A DNA stretch of 64,000 nt from Ministeria vibrans ATCC 50519 (taxonomy: Eukaryota > Protista > Filasterea). The first letter of the stretch is position 1; every line of letters starts with the position of its first letter. The notes below the pieces were generated by a model. The model was given only the letters and a program-made list of their open reading frames with translations. It did no database searches and had not been told where the DNA came from. A program made the position numbers and the translations under genes. Of this stretch, positions 39,591 to 54,543 are shown one piece after another. The stretch covers positions 1-64,000 of the forward strand of contig CALSCP010001735.1 of assembly GCA_943704425.1 (NCBI GenBank), read 5' to 3'.

Positions 39591-39713
39591 CTTTATTTCG
39601 AACATAACATATTACAAAACAAAACCCGCACAACGCAAATTAAACTCAAAAGAATTCAAGAGAGGAAGTGGAATTGAAGAAGAAAATATTTAGTTTACGA
39701 GATTACAAGAAGA

Positions 39714-42153
<2,440 letters not shown>

Positions 42154-42227
42154 TAAGAACGAAGAACGATCACTTCACTGAATGCAGAATGACTGAAAAT
42201 TACTAAAATAATCACAGCTCTTTATTT

Positions 42228-42268
42228 TTCTATAGAATAATCTAATACTTCTATAGAATAATCTAATA
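42228..42268. promoter_or_regulatory. Duplicated palindrome TTCTATAGAA in the divergent kinase/NSE3 promoter
   Basis: TTCTATAGAATAATCTAATA occurs twice at 21-bp spacing. Function is inferred from position only. Confidence 0.4.
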
Positions 42269-42287
42269 TCAGACTTATTCAAAGGTT

Positions 42288-43775
42288 ATGCCGCGAGGAA
42301 GAAAGAGAGTCGTCGACGAAGAGGAGGACGAGACGGAACAGGAAGTGGCGGCGGCCAAGAGACGGCGAGAGAAAGGAAAACAGGCAGGATCGCAAGGGCG
42401 AGCACCGCCAGTGCCAGTGCGGGAGGAGCCGGAAAGCGACGACAGCGAGTACAATGGAGAGGACGGAACGCAGCGGCAGGGCGGTGCGGGTGAAGCCAGG
42501 GAGGTGGTCCAGAGCAAGGTACAGCAGCGGTCTTGTGTGTTGTGTGTTGTGTGTTTGTGTGTTGTGTCTTGTGTGTTGTGATTGAGTTTCGCAAACGATT
42601 ATCGTCTTAGTCAAACGAGATTGTGCGTTTGGCCATCTGCTCAACGAGCTCACGGGGCGTGGTCAATCGAACGGACATTCGCGAGGTAGTCTGCATTGAT
42701 GCTTATGCTTTATATTCCGAGCAGTGTTTCATTTCTGAAAAAAAAAAAAATGGTGTGTGTGTGTGTTTCGCGCTCTTTCTTTGTGTGTAGTGCTTTGGGG
42801 TCGAGCAGCGCCCCTACATCGGCCAGGCAGTCTCGCTAGCACGCAAGAAGTTACGGGATGTCTTTGGTATGGATCTGGTTGAGATTCGCGACAGGAAAGG
42901 GGCAAAGCCAGACGAGACAGCGCGACAACAGCCCAACGACGAGTGCGTCAAGAATACCATCACTTTCGGGTGTTTTCAGGCCTCATGAGCATTTTCATTG
43001 TGTCTGTAGAGAGAGGGAGGAGGACAGGGTATTGTCGGGTGCGGGAAAGCAGTTTTCTCTGTGTAACATACTGAAGAGCGAGGTACGACTGAAAAGTGAA
43101 GGGAGGAGACGTAATTTTGTGCATGCTTGTAGATTCGTGACGAGTTTGTGGATTGGAAGCACGAGTCTGCGCAGCGTCTATTGCTTCTTGTAGTGCTCAG
43201 TGTTGTGTACTTTAACCAAGACTCTGCCGAGGAAGGTGCGCTGTGGCACGGCCTTGGCAAGTACGTCACACACACGATAAGATGAGATATCCAAAGCGTA
43301 CAAATTCTGAAACACTTACCTCCCACTCTTCACTTAAAAACCATAGACTGGGTCTTGTCAAGGGACAGAAACACTCTGAGTTTGGTGAGGTGGACAAGCG
43401 ACTCTCTGACATTGTGCGCCAGCGCTACTTGGAACGCGTCAAAGCGCAAAACGCAGGAGACGTACGGAGAACAGCTCATTTTGGCTGCACATCTCATTGT
43501 GTTCAATTGTAGCGTTCATGGCTCTACCGATGGGGGCCGCGTGCGTATTCGGAATTTACAAAGGTTGAGATTGTTCAGTTTATTGGGACTGTGCTGGAAA
43601 AGGTATTCTTCGAGCGTAACATGTTCTGGTCTAACTGCTCGCACACTCACCTACACACGATCACTTTGTTCTTTCCCTCTTACTGACTCAGTCCGAGGAG
43701 GAAAGAGCGCGACTGGTGGCGGCAATGGAGCCCGACACGGTGCAGAGGGAGAGTTCGCCCGAATCGGATGACTGA
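42288..43775 (+). CDS. NSMCE3: MAGE-domain SMC5/6 subunit NSE3
   Basis: Spliced exons give EIVRLAI..VNRTDIRE, ARKKLRDVFGMDLVEI, LLLLVVLSVVYFNQDSAEEGALWHGL, IVRQRYLERVK and YRWGPRAYSE, matching MAGE winged-helix motifs. Confidence 0.85.
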
Positions 43776-43841
43776 TATGTGTGATGTGGATGTGCCGTTA
43801 ATGGGCTACTGGTAATAATGATATATAAAAAGAGACGTTTT

Positions 43842-44653
43842 CTACACTTCGCTTGAATCAAGAGGAGATGAGTTGGAGAGGGCGGCGGCAAAAGAGGCAT
43901 TGCGACCCCTGTGGGCGGGGGGAGGGACGTATTCAAGATTGGACACGGCAGCCAAAGTGGCAGCAGCTGTGGCAGCGATGGCGGCAGAGGGAGCGGCAGG
44001 GGCGTCCTCTGTGATAGTGGTGGTGGTGGTGGGCATGGAGGGCGGCGTTGTCACCTGGATGGACGGACTGCAACGGAGGGAAGGGGAGTGTGAGAACAAA
44101 TGAAGAATGCACAGAGAGTGCGAATTCATACACTGAGACGGGGTTGGTGGCCGTAGCAGTGCTGATGGTGGGGGTGAAGGCAGGGATGGTCGAGTACGAC
44201 GAACTGGGCGAGAGGGCCATCGAGTGGGGACGTGGTTGCTTGGAGCTGTTGGCGTCGGAGCGAGCGACCATGGACGCGACGTCAGAGCTCGCTGGACGGG
44301 GCCTTTGCTGTTGTGGCGAGCGCAGTAAGCTGGCAGACACGGCCGGGTTGGCTGTGCGGTGCGCGTTCTGCGGCGACATTAGTTTTTCTGCAAACAACCA
44401 GAATCAATGACAGGAACAAGTGTATTTGGTAGATCGAACCTTTACTGTCGCCTTTGTTGTCGCGGCGTTGCAGCATCTGAACGCAATTGTGATGCTCAAT
44501 AATGATCTCGCTTGGAGCGAGCAGACAAGGCTCGCCATCGACCTGCACAGGCAAGTCCTTGAGCGTCACCACGCGCGCACGACGGCACTGAGCAATCCGC
44601 AGTGCTTTGCCCAACCGCGCTTGTTGCTTCGCCTATCGCAGAAAAAAAAAAAG

Positions 44654-44689
<36 letters not shown>

Positions 44690-47275
44690 GTTTTCCGTTT
44701 ACTCGGGAGAATTATTATTTTTGTGTTGTACCAGATCAAACGCACTAAAGAGACCAATCACTTCTACCAGTCCATCGTCCATTCGCTGAGGCATAAACTA
44801 CAAAAAAAAAAAGTCAGGACAGATATATACAGAGGGAAGAGTGAGGGAGATATAAAGACTATAAAAACAATAAAGAAAAAAGAAAACGTACGCCATCGGA
44901 CTTGGAGGATCCCCAGGGGTCAGTCCCACTGCCATAGGAGGTAATGTTGAGAAAAACGAGCCCTTCCAGCTTGCGCTCCTCCAGAATGTGAGTCATGTCC
45001 ACTCCGTCACACTCGAGTCGCACATGCTTGGCAAACCCCTAATCACCATAGGGTTAATATTTTCTTTTACATTTTTGCTCTTTTTGCAAAATTTCTTTTT
45101 CGTACTCTTTGCGAATGCTTGAACATGTCTCTAAGACCATTGAGACCGTAGTAAATTTTGTTGCCGACGCGGCTCTTGAAGCGCTCGGGGTTCTTCTCGC
45201 GTGCTTCGTGAAAGGCCAGCACCGTCTGGGCATCGACGCCAAAGCTAAAATAGTTATTCATGACGTTGAGCGGGAGATTGGCGACACCGGCGCCTTCAAA
45301 AATAGGCGAGCCGGCACCGGAGTCGACGAGCGACGAGATTGACTGGGCGGCTGTAAGGGTGGGTGAGAATGCCATCTTGTCCTTGTCCTTGCCCTTGCGT
45401 CGCTTCTTGCCCTTGTGCGCTTTGGTGTCGGGCATCGCTGAGAGCGACATGCCCCCGGTCGCGTTACTGGTGCCCGCCTCATCTGACCGGTCGAGTCCAC
45501 CACTCCATGACTGAGACATGCCCATCAGCTTGTTGCTTGTCAATGCACTTGCGCCACTACCACCGGCACCCCCATCGGCCGTTTGTAAGGTGTCCTGGAG
45601 CGAGAGCGACTTGTTTCCGTCAATTGCCGTGGTCGTGGGCGACTGAGGAAGAGGCGAGAGCGAGGGCGAGTGAAGGGAGCCGTTGGAACTGGTGATGTTC
45701 TCGTGGTAAGGAGTCACACGCAGATACCATCTGTCCATGGGCATGATCTCGGCGTCTTCGACGGCCGTCAGCATTGGCGACACGTCTTCGTCGCTGTACC
45801 CACCGCCCCACTTGAGTGCACGCGCGAGGTCGTTGCCCGTGCCGAGCGGCATGACAGCAATGGGCGGGCAGGGCACAATGTTCAGTTCGTCGAGCACCGA
45901 CAGAACCCACCCGACCGTACCATCACCACCGCACACGAGAATGCGAAAATTGGGCACGTCCGCAAACAGCGACAGGCCCGTCTTGGGACCACCATTAGTC
46001 AGGTCAAACACCTACGGAATAATAATAATAATTGAAAAACAAAACAAAAAACAACAACAACAACAACAACATTAATAATAAAAAATTATTATTATTAAAA
46101 TTTTGAAGTACATCCATGTGGTAATCATTACCTGCACTGGATTGAGTAGCCATTGGAAATCTTTCATGAGTTTCTGACCCTGCTTGGAGCCACTCTTGGG
46201 GTTGATAAAGACGACCAGAGGAATAGAGTCGGGAAGCGTGCGGATGATGACGGAGCCAAGTTTGTTTTTGCTACGACGGCGCATGGAGCGACGCTGGTTG
46301 CGACGCTGTGACTTTGTAAGAGAACTGGTGCGCGCAACGGCAGAGCCGGACGTAGACGAGGAGGGCACATCGCCACTGCCAACGCTGCCGAGGGAGCGAA
46401 GGGACTCACTGCGCGTGACCTTGTCGTCCGATTGTGGTGTGGCTTGTGGCGTCGTGGGCACCGAAGCAGTGGCAGAGCCGTGATCACTGGAACGACGTAC
46501 AGGCACGCCTACGCACGAGTGCGCAATGGGTGCGACAATCTGATGTTGTGGGCCCGGTTGGGGTGTGGAAGGGCCCGAGTGAGGGGGAGTGCCGGCGCGA
46601 CGGCCACGCACCGACGAGCTGCTGGAGTCGAGAATGACTGTGATGGAGCTGTTGGGAACCATTAACCTAGCGTGCTTTCCAAGAGTACAGCTCTACAGCA
46701 GCATATATATTGTTAACTCACATACACCTCGCCATCTCACCCAACTGTTTCCATACCTGATCTTGGGTTCGTGAACACTCGTAGTGCGCAATGATTTTGC
46801 ACCAGGCACAGCGCACGGCACACGGCCTAGTGACGGAGAAACCGCCCTGGATGCGCTTTCGACAGATGGAACAGTCGCGGAGATTGAAATTGCCATCAAT
46901 CCATTGGTGCTCGACTTCGTGGACGGCTGTGCGATCGGTGGACAAGACAAACTTGTGCGAACACGGCGGAGTAATGTCCTGTCGTTCGCGACACCGTCCG
47001 TCCACTGTGTACTTGCAGGCACCACAGCGGTAACCGTGCTTGAATCCAAGACGCTTCTTGCAGGTAAGACAGTACTTCATGCTGGACGAGTCCTACAAGA
47101 AAAGGGATCAGACAGTCACAATTAACACCAATCCTGTTGTGAGGTACCATTTCATGCCAAATGTGAGCGCCATCGGCAATGGCCGTGAAGTGCGATTGCA
47201 TTGCGCTTGTCAGCGGCTTCTCAACAACGAGTCCCGAAACAATGGACAGGCGAGGACGCGGCGAGGGCTGTACGT
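43842..47275 (-). CDS. Diacylglycerol kinase (two C1 domains, DAGKc, DAGKa); 5' end uncertain
   Basis: C1 cysteine patterns; PLVVFINPKSGSKQG; RILVCGGDGTVGWVL; PLGTGNDLARALKWGGGY; MNNYFSFGVDA; LPVQVDGEP; ends ..DSSEV. Confidence 0.92.
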
Positions 47276-48486
47276 GTAGAGAAGAGGATAAGAGAGGATA
47301 AGAGAGGAGAGAAAACCCAAAACGGGTCAAGATTAGATGAAAAAGGCCTTCTTCAAAAGCGGCGTCGAAGGTGATCCATAGAATAGAGGAAGGTACGTAG
47401 GACTGGAGAATATCGATCGATCAAAAGAACGGAGACAGAAGAGAAAAAGAAAAGAAAAGAGAAAATCTCCAAAGGGAGTTCAAAAAGGAAGCAAGGGAGC
47501 AAATGCACACCGGAGTGCTACAGGACGTCTTGGGCGGGCCTTGCTGATGGGCTTGAGGCAGCGTGTGTTCAGCGACAAGAGTGTGGGAACAGAGGAAGGA
47601 CTTTTTTTTGTAAAAAATAATAATACAAAAATGGACAAGAAGAGAATTGTGCAACGAGAGAAGGCGGGGAGGTTGGGAGTGGACGCGGCGCGGTCTGAGT
47701 AAACTGTCCACCGGCAAGGCTGTGGCGGGGACGACTCTCACGCGAAACCGTTGAATCGATAAGAGTTTTTGAAATTTCCACTTTGAATCTCGTTCGAAGC
47801 GCAAGCAGACAGCGCAAGAGTGCTCCCACGTTCACACCAGCGGCGATACAAATGCGGTCAAGCAAGAGTGCGTGCGCATAGGATTGTGTGGCGAAAATTG
47901 CTTGCGAAGTTTTTTTTCTTTTTTCTTTTTTGACTCTCTCCCTCACACACAGTTAAATGCCAGTGAGCGAGGGTGAGAAGGGTGGGTGAGGACGTACGTA
48001 GTCAGCGTCGGGAGCCTTGTGAGAGTCGTCGTTGTCGTGGCCAGCAGAGATGTGAGGTGGCTCTGACGTGGGAGCACCCTCGACGACGGGAGATCCTTCC
48101 GTGCCCGCCATGTTGTGCACACAAGAACGTGGATAAAAGCCGGTAGTCGGTGGTGCAACTTGTTGATAAATAAGCTAATCTTAAGTCAGATTAATGATTA
48201 TTCATTATTATATTACGTGACATATTATACTTAATAGTCTTTCCGGAGTCTGTCCATGATCAAGTGAGTGCCAGTGATGCAATAGACATCTAGATCAACT
48301 CTCTAAGCTCATATACCACTAATCTAGTATCCACTATATCCAGTATCATCGAGTGAGTGACGTCGAAGAGACATTTCACACACAAAGTCATAGGAATTGT
48401 CACGGAATTATGCACATCTCCGATGAATACAAAATAATTAATAATAACAAACTTCATTCTTCTTTTCTACTTAAGAGAATTCATCA

Positions 48487-50620
48487 ATGGACGAGAGCAA
48501 CGTTGCCGAGGGATCGGGTGCGGGTCAGGATCGCGAAGAGATCCTCAACCAGTTCAAGGTTTGAAGGTCGTTGACGTTTCGTCTGGCTTGTCAACCTTCT
48601 CTGGGCCTTTATCCGTTTCTAGATGGTCACCAGCATAACAGATGACGACGAAGCAAGAACCTACCTCGATTTGTTTGACTACAATCTTGAGGTAATAAAC
48701 CAGTCCGTTTCGGTCGACTCGCGTCGACACTGCACTCTGGTTGACGCTCTGCTCGGCGCCTTCACCGTGACACGGCGCGCAAGAGCCGCCTCTGATTCCA
48801 CACGCGGGGTCAGCGATGCCACGCCAGCGGTGCCGCATGGCAACCCCTTGCAGAGGGAGACAGAGGGGGGTTTTTTGGTCGCGTTCTTTTTTCCTCGTCG
48901 TCTCATTGCTTCGTCGACCCTTTGTGTTTGGTGGCACTACGCGCGTTATACTTCTCCATCTTTGCTGCACCGTCTGCTCCGCAGACTAGGCTGTGGATTA
49001 GTATCCATGGCGGTCTTGCAGTGTGTAGATGGAACCCCTTTCGACGGTCGTACAACATTCTCTCATCGTCTTTTTCTTCTTTTTCGTCTTTTTTTTTGTT
49101 TCTTTTGTTTTTTTACATTGCAGAGTGCGATTGCTGGCGCCTTGGCGAGCGGTGTTGGCGACCAAGACAATCGACCAACGCGACGAGACGCTGGCTATGG
49201 TGGGGCTGTCGGTGGAGAAGACTACGCCAATGTGCGACCATTCGACAATGTTGCTGGACGTCAACGCGTCGCCGGTGCTCGCACTGGCAACAACAACAAC
49301 AATAACACCACATTTGTATCGCGTCTGCTGGGCACACTCTTGTCACCCGTCACCTACATCCTTTCTATGTTCAGTGTGTTTCTGCCAGTCTCCGTACGTA
49401 CCTTTGTTACCTCCCTTGTGCCCTACTCGGCTGGCGGCGCAGACGATCCTGCCGCACCAACCATACGGCGCTCCTACCCGCCAGGTGCGGGCAGTGAGCC
49501 ATCCAATAACGCCATTGACGAAGTGACAGCGCTAGAGCGTGAAATTGAGACGCAATTCAATGCACCCACACACCCAGGGTTTTTCCAGGGCTCCTACAAC
49601 GACGCCATGGCGCACGCCCAGCGCGAGTTCAAGGCCCTTCTTGTGTATGTCCATGCGCGCGACCACGAAGACACCGAGTCCTTTTGTCGCAGTACGCTTG
49701 CCAGCGCGCCTCTTGCGCGCTACATTGACGACAATATGATTTTTTGGGCGGGCAGTGTGCAAACGCGGCAGGGGTTTGCTGTGGCGGAGGCGCTTGGAAG
49801 CGAAGGATTTCCATATCTGGGTGTGCTTGCCCCCATAAGCGGGCGAATGCGACCAATTGCAGCCATGGTGGGAATGCGTGCGGCCGGGGATGTGCAGGAG
49901 CGCGTGGAGGCTGCCCTTGCAGGGGTACAGGGTGCAATGCGCCGAGCACAACGCGAGCGCAAAGAACGCAACATGGCCCAGCAGCTGCGTGACGAGCAGG
50001 ACTATGAGTACCAGATGAGTCTTGCGGCGGATCGAGAGAAGGAGCGATTGCGCGAGGAAGAGGCGAAGCGGGAGCGCGAAGAGAAGGAGGCACAGGCACA
50101 GCGGGAAAGAGAGGAGGCGGAACGGGAACAGAGACGCATCGAGGAGGAGCGCGAAGAGGAGTTGAAACGACAGAGGGAGAGTGAAGCGAAGCGCATGGAG
50201 TTGCCTGAGGAGCCCGCTGTGGGCACCGAAGGTACGCTTTTTGCAGGCACATTATGATTGCTTCTGATTTTTATTTGCATTGAATTGTAGGTGTGACTAC
50301 CATTATGGTGAAACTGCCCAATGGAGACAGATTGAAGCGACGTTTCCTCAAGACGGACCCAGTGTCTCTTGTGTACGACTTTGTTGCGTCGCAAGAGGTA
50401 CCACTTTCGTTTGTTCTTTTTCTCCCTCTCACTTGTTTGTTTGTGTGTTTGTTTGTTTTTTTTTTGGTTTTTTTTTTCGTTGTAGAATCTGGAATGGGCT
50501 CACTTTGCCCTGCGGACGAACTTTCCTCCGCGCACAGTCGAGCGAGAGAGCGGAGAGTCCCTTGAGACTGCCGAGCTGTGTCCTCAGGCAATGCTTCTCC
50601 TTCAGGATCTCGATGCTTAG
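48487..50620 (+). CDS. FAF2: FAF2/UBXD8-like p97 cofactor (UBA-like, UAS, coiled coil, UBX)
   Basis: EILNQFK/MVTSITDDDEARTYL..YNLE; membrane hairpin LLSPVTYILSMFSVFL; HPGFFQGSYNDAMAHAQREFKALLVYVH; LRDEQDYEYQMSLAADREKE; IMVKLPNGDRLKRRF. Confidence 0.88.
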
Positions 50621-50746
50621 CCAAGCCACCCCCNNNNNNNNNNCCCCCCCCCACATACACACACACAAATACACACATCATATTTACTAGTATATATACT
50701 CGGGGTTTACATTATATATTACACCGTTTCACACATATGGTTTGGA

Positions 50747-52088
<1,342 letters not shown>

Positions 52089-52358
52089 AACTGTCAATTG
52101 AATAAAGATAAAAAATAAAACTAAAATAAATTATTATAGAGAGAACCTTAGTATTCAATGTCAAAGCAAAACTATATAAAAAACACAAAGAGCAGCACAA
52201 TTGACAATACTGAATAGTGAATATACTGAATAAGTGAAATAAGTGAATACTTCCGCCGTAGACTTCAAAGTTCAAGACGGCTATTAGACGAAAATGTCCC
52301 GAAAGCCAATAATCATTATTTTTTTTTTTTTTTTCGCTTCGTTTCTATTGTCTGTACG

Positions 52359-54130
52359 ATGATTCTTGGAAACCGTTGCGAGTATGGAACGAACAACCCA
52401 GTGCACGAGTTGTCGCGGGCTCTCGAGTCGCGTGCAGCGCTCAATGAGGATCCCGACGATACTTCGTCTTTTGTCGATATCTTCGCCACAAGCACCACCT
52501 TGCCATGGGATACCCCCAAAGACGCGAAAATGGAAGTGTCTGCAAGCGCGAGTGACGATGCCCTGCGGATGCTGGGACTGACTGGTGACCAAAAAATCGA
52601 TCCGGCGGTCGAGTGGTTGTCTCCAGAGGCCGTTGTGCGCACTGTCTCGTCGCTGGTTGCCGCCGACATGCCTTTTGATTTGGCTCTGCTTTCATTAAGG
52701 GATCTTCCTGTGAGAAAAACGCTGTGGACACCACAGGTGAGCGTCTTTGTTGCTTTTGTTTTCAGTTTTGTGCTGTTGCCACAACTCGCCACCAGCCCAA
52801 ATCTCACTGATATCCTTTGTTATTTCTCTTATTATATCCACACACAAACACATACACTCGTACATGACTTCGTTTTGCAAACGAATGAGTCATCGACGAA
52901 ACGTTGCGTCATATAAAAAAAACATTCGAGTTTGTGCAACCAATTGAAATGCAACGGACAAGCCCAAGCAAACTTAACAACTCACACCCGACTCACACCC
53001 GACTCACACACAACTCACACACAACTCACACCACGTTTTGCATCTCTCCCTGTGTCACATATGTGTGCCACGCATATGCGTGCCACGTCGATTTTACTCC
53101 TTGATGAACATAATGACTTGGTGAACATAATGAGAATTATTATAATCTCACTCGTTTTAATGTTTAGGGTGTTGCCAGTGTTTTCGTATACGATCCTTCG
53201 TGGAGCGCTCCGTTACGAGCTCCACGTGGGGCCACCACGTTTAAATCGGGATCGTCGAGACCCGTCGAGTGTGTTTCCGTTTGTGCACCCACCGGTGTTG
53301 GTGTGTCACGTGTGTGTCTGACGCAACGTCAGGTGACGGGTGCCGTGGCCATGGAAGGTCGCATGTGGTTGTTTGAGCAGCCGGCCTTACGCCAGCGCAT
53401 TGGTATTGCTCAGGTCAAACTAAAATTTGACCATATTGTCGCCAGCTGTCAAGGGGACGTGAACACGGTTCCTCATGTCATTGCCGCGGCGCCCCACGAG
53501 CTTTGCGGGTCACAAAATGGCCTTACATACGCCACAAATGCCACAACTTTGAGTCAAGGAGCACAACAGCAAGTTGTTATTGTGGAAGCACTTGTTCCCT
53601 CAGCCACACCGGCACTTGTGCCCCAGCCAAGTGCTCTCGTGCTCGACTGCCCTGGCAGCATCACAGAGGGCGAATGGCTCGCCCACGACCGTGGCTTGCG
53701 TCTCCTCGTCACCTGTTTGTTATCCCTTTGTCCGTCTCCGGCTCTTCAGTTGCCCACTGAAATAACCCTGCCAGTCTCGGGCGAGCGTGTCGCCATTTAC
53801 ACGCGAGTTCTCAATACCGACATGACGCCGTCGTCGTCGTCGTCGTTGTCGAGCTCTCATCTTCGGCGTCAGTCTCGGCGTCCCGTCAAATTTCACAGTG
53901 TCACTTCGTCGTCACCACCCTTGTCCGATTACTACTCCGACGAGTCTGCCGACGAGACAATGCACAATGTAAATGAGGACAATGACGGTAACGGCTATTG
54001 CAGCGACGATGCAGCTTCCAATTGGTCACACGCTTCGTCGGTGGTGCACTCCCTGCACGATACGTTGCGTACACGAACCAGTCGTAAGCGTCGCCGTGTC
54101 GCCGATACTTGTGATCGAGTTCGTCAATAA
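52359..54130 (+). CDS. Hypothetical protein, 2 exons
   Basis: GC-rich ORF 52359-~52736 joined by a GT..AG intron in frame to the exon ending at 54130. Basic C-terminal RKRRR (NLS-like). No family recognised. Confidence 0.6.
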
Positions 54131-54543
54131 ATAAGACGTAATAAGAAAATAAAATAATTATCGAGAATTGAGAGAGCTGTACTCATGATGTCAAAACAAG
54201 ACAATACACAAATACAAGGAAAGAGCTTTGCCGTCGACTTGTAGACGAGAATGTCCCGAAAGAAGATAGTACTAAGAACGAATAAATTAAATAATAATAA
54301 AGTAAAAAATAGGAATAAATGAAGTGAAAAGTTTCCTCAAGAAGATAAAAATTAAAAACTAAAATACAATACAATAATGAATAAGGACTAAGGAGTTTTA
54401 ACTTTTAAGAGTAATAGTAAATAGAGAATAGAATCGAGAGCTAAAAAGATAGAGATAGTTACACGGTAGGTGCACGATAGTTATCAGTATAAAATATGTA
54501 AATCGAAGAATAAGTATTTTAAAATTTAAACAAAAAATTTGTC

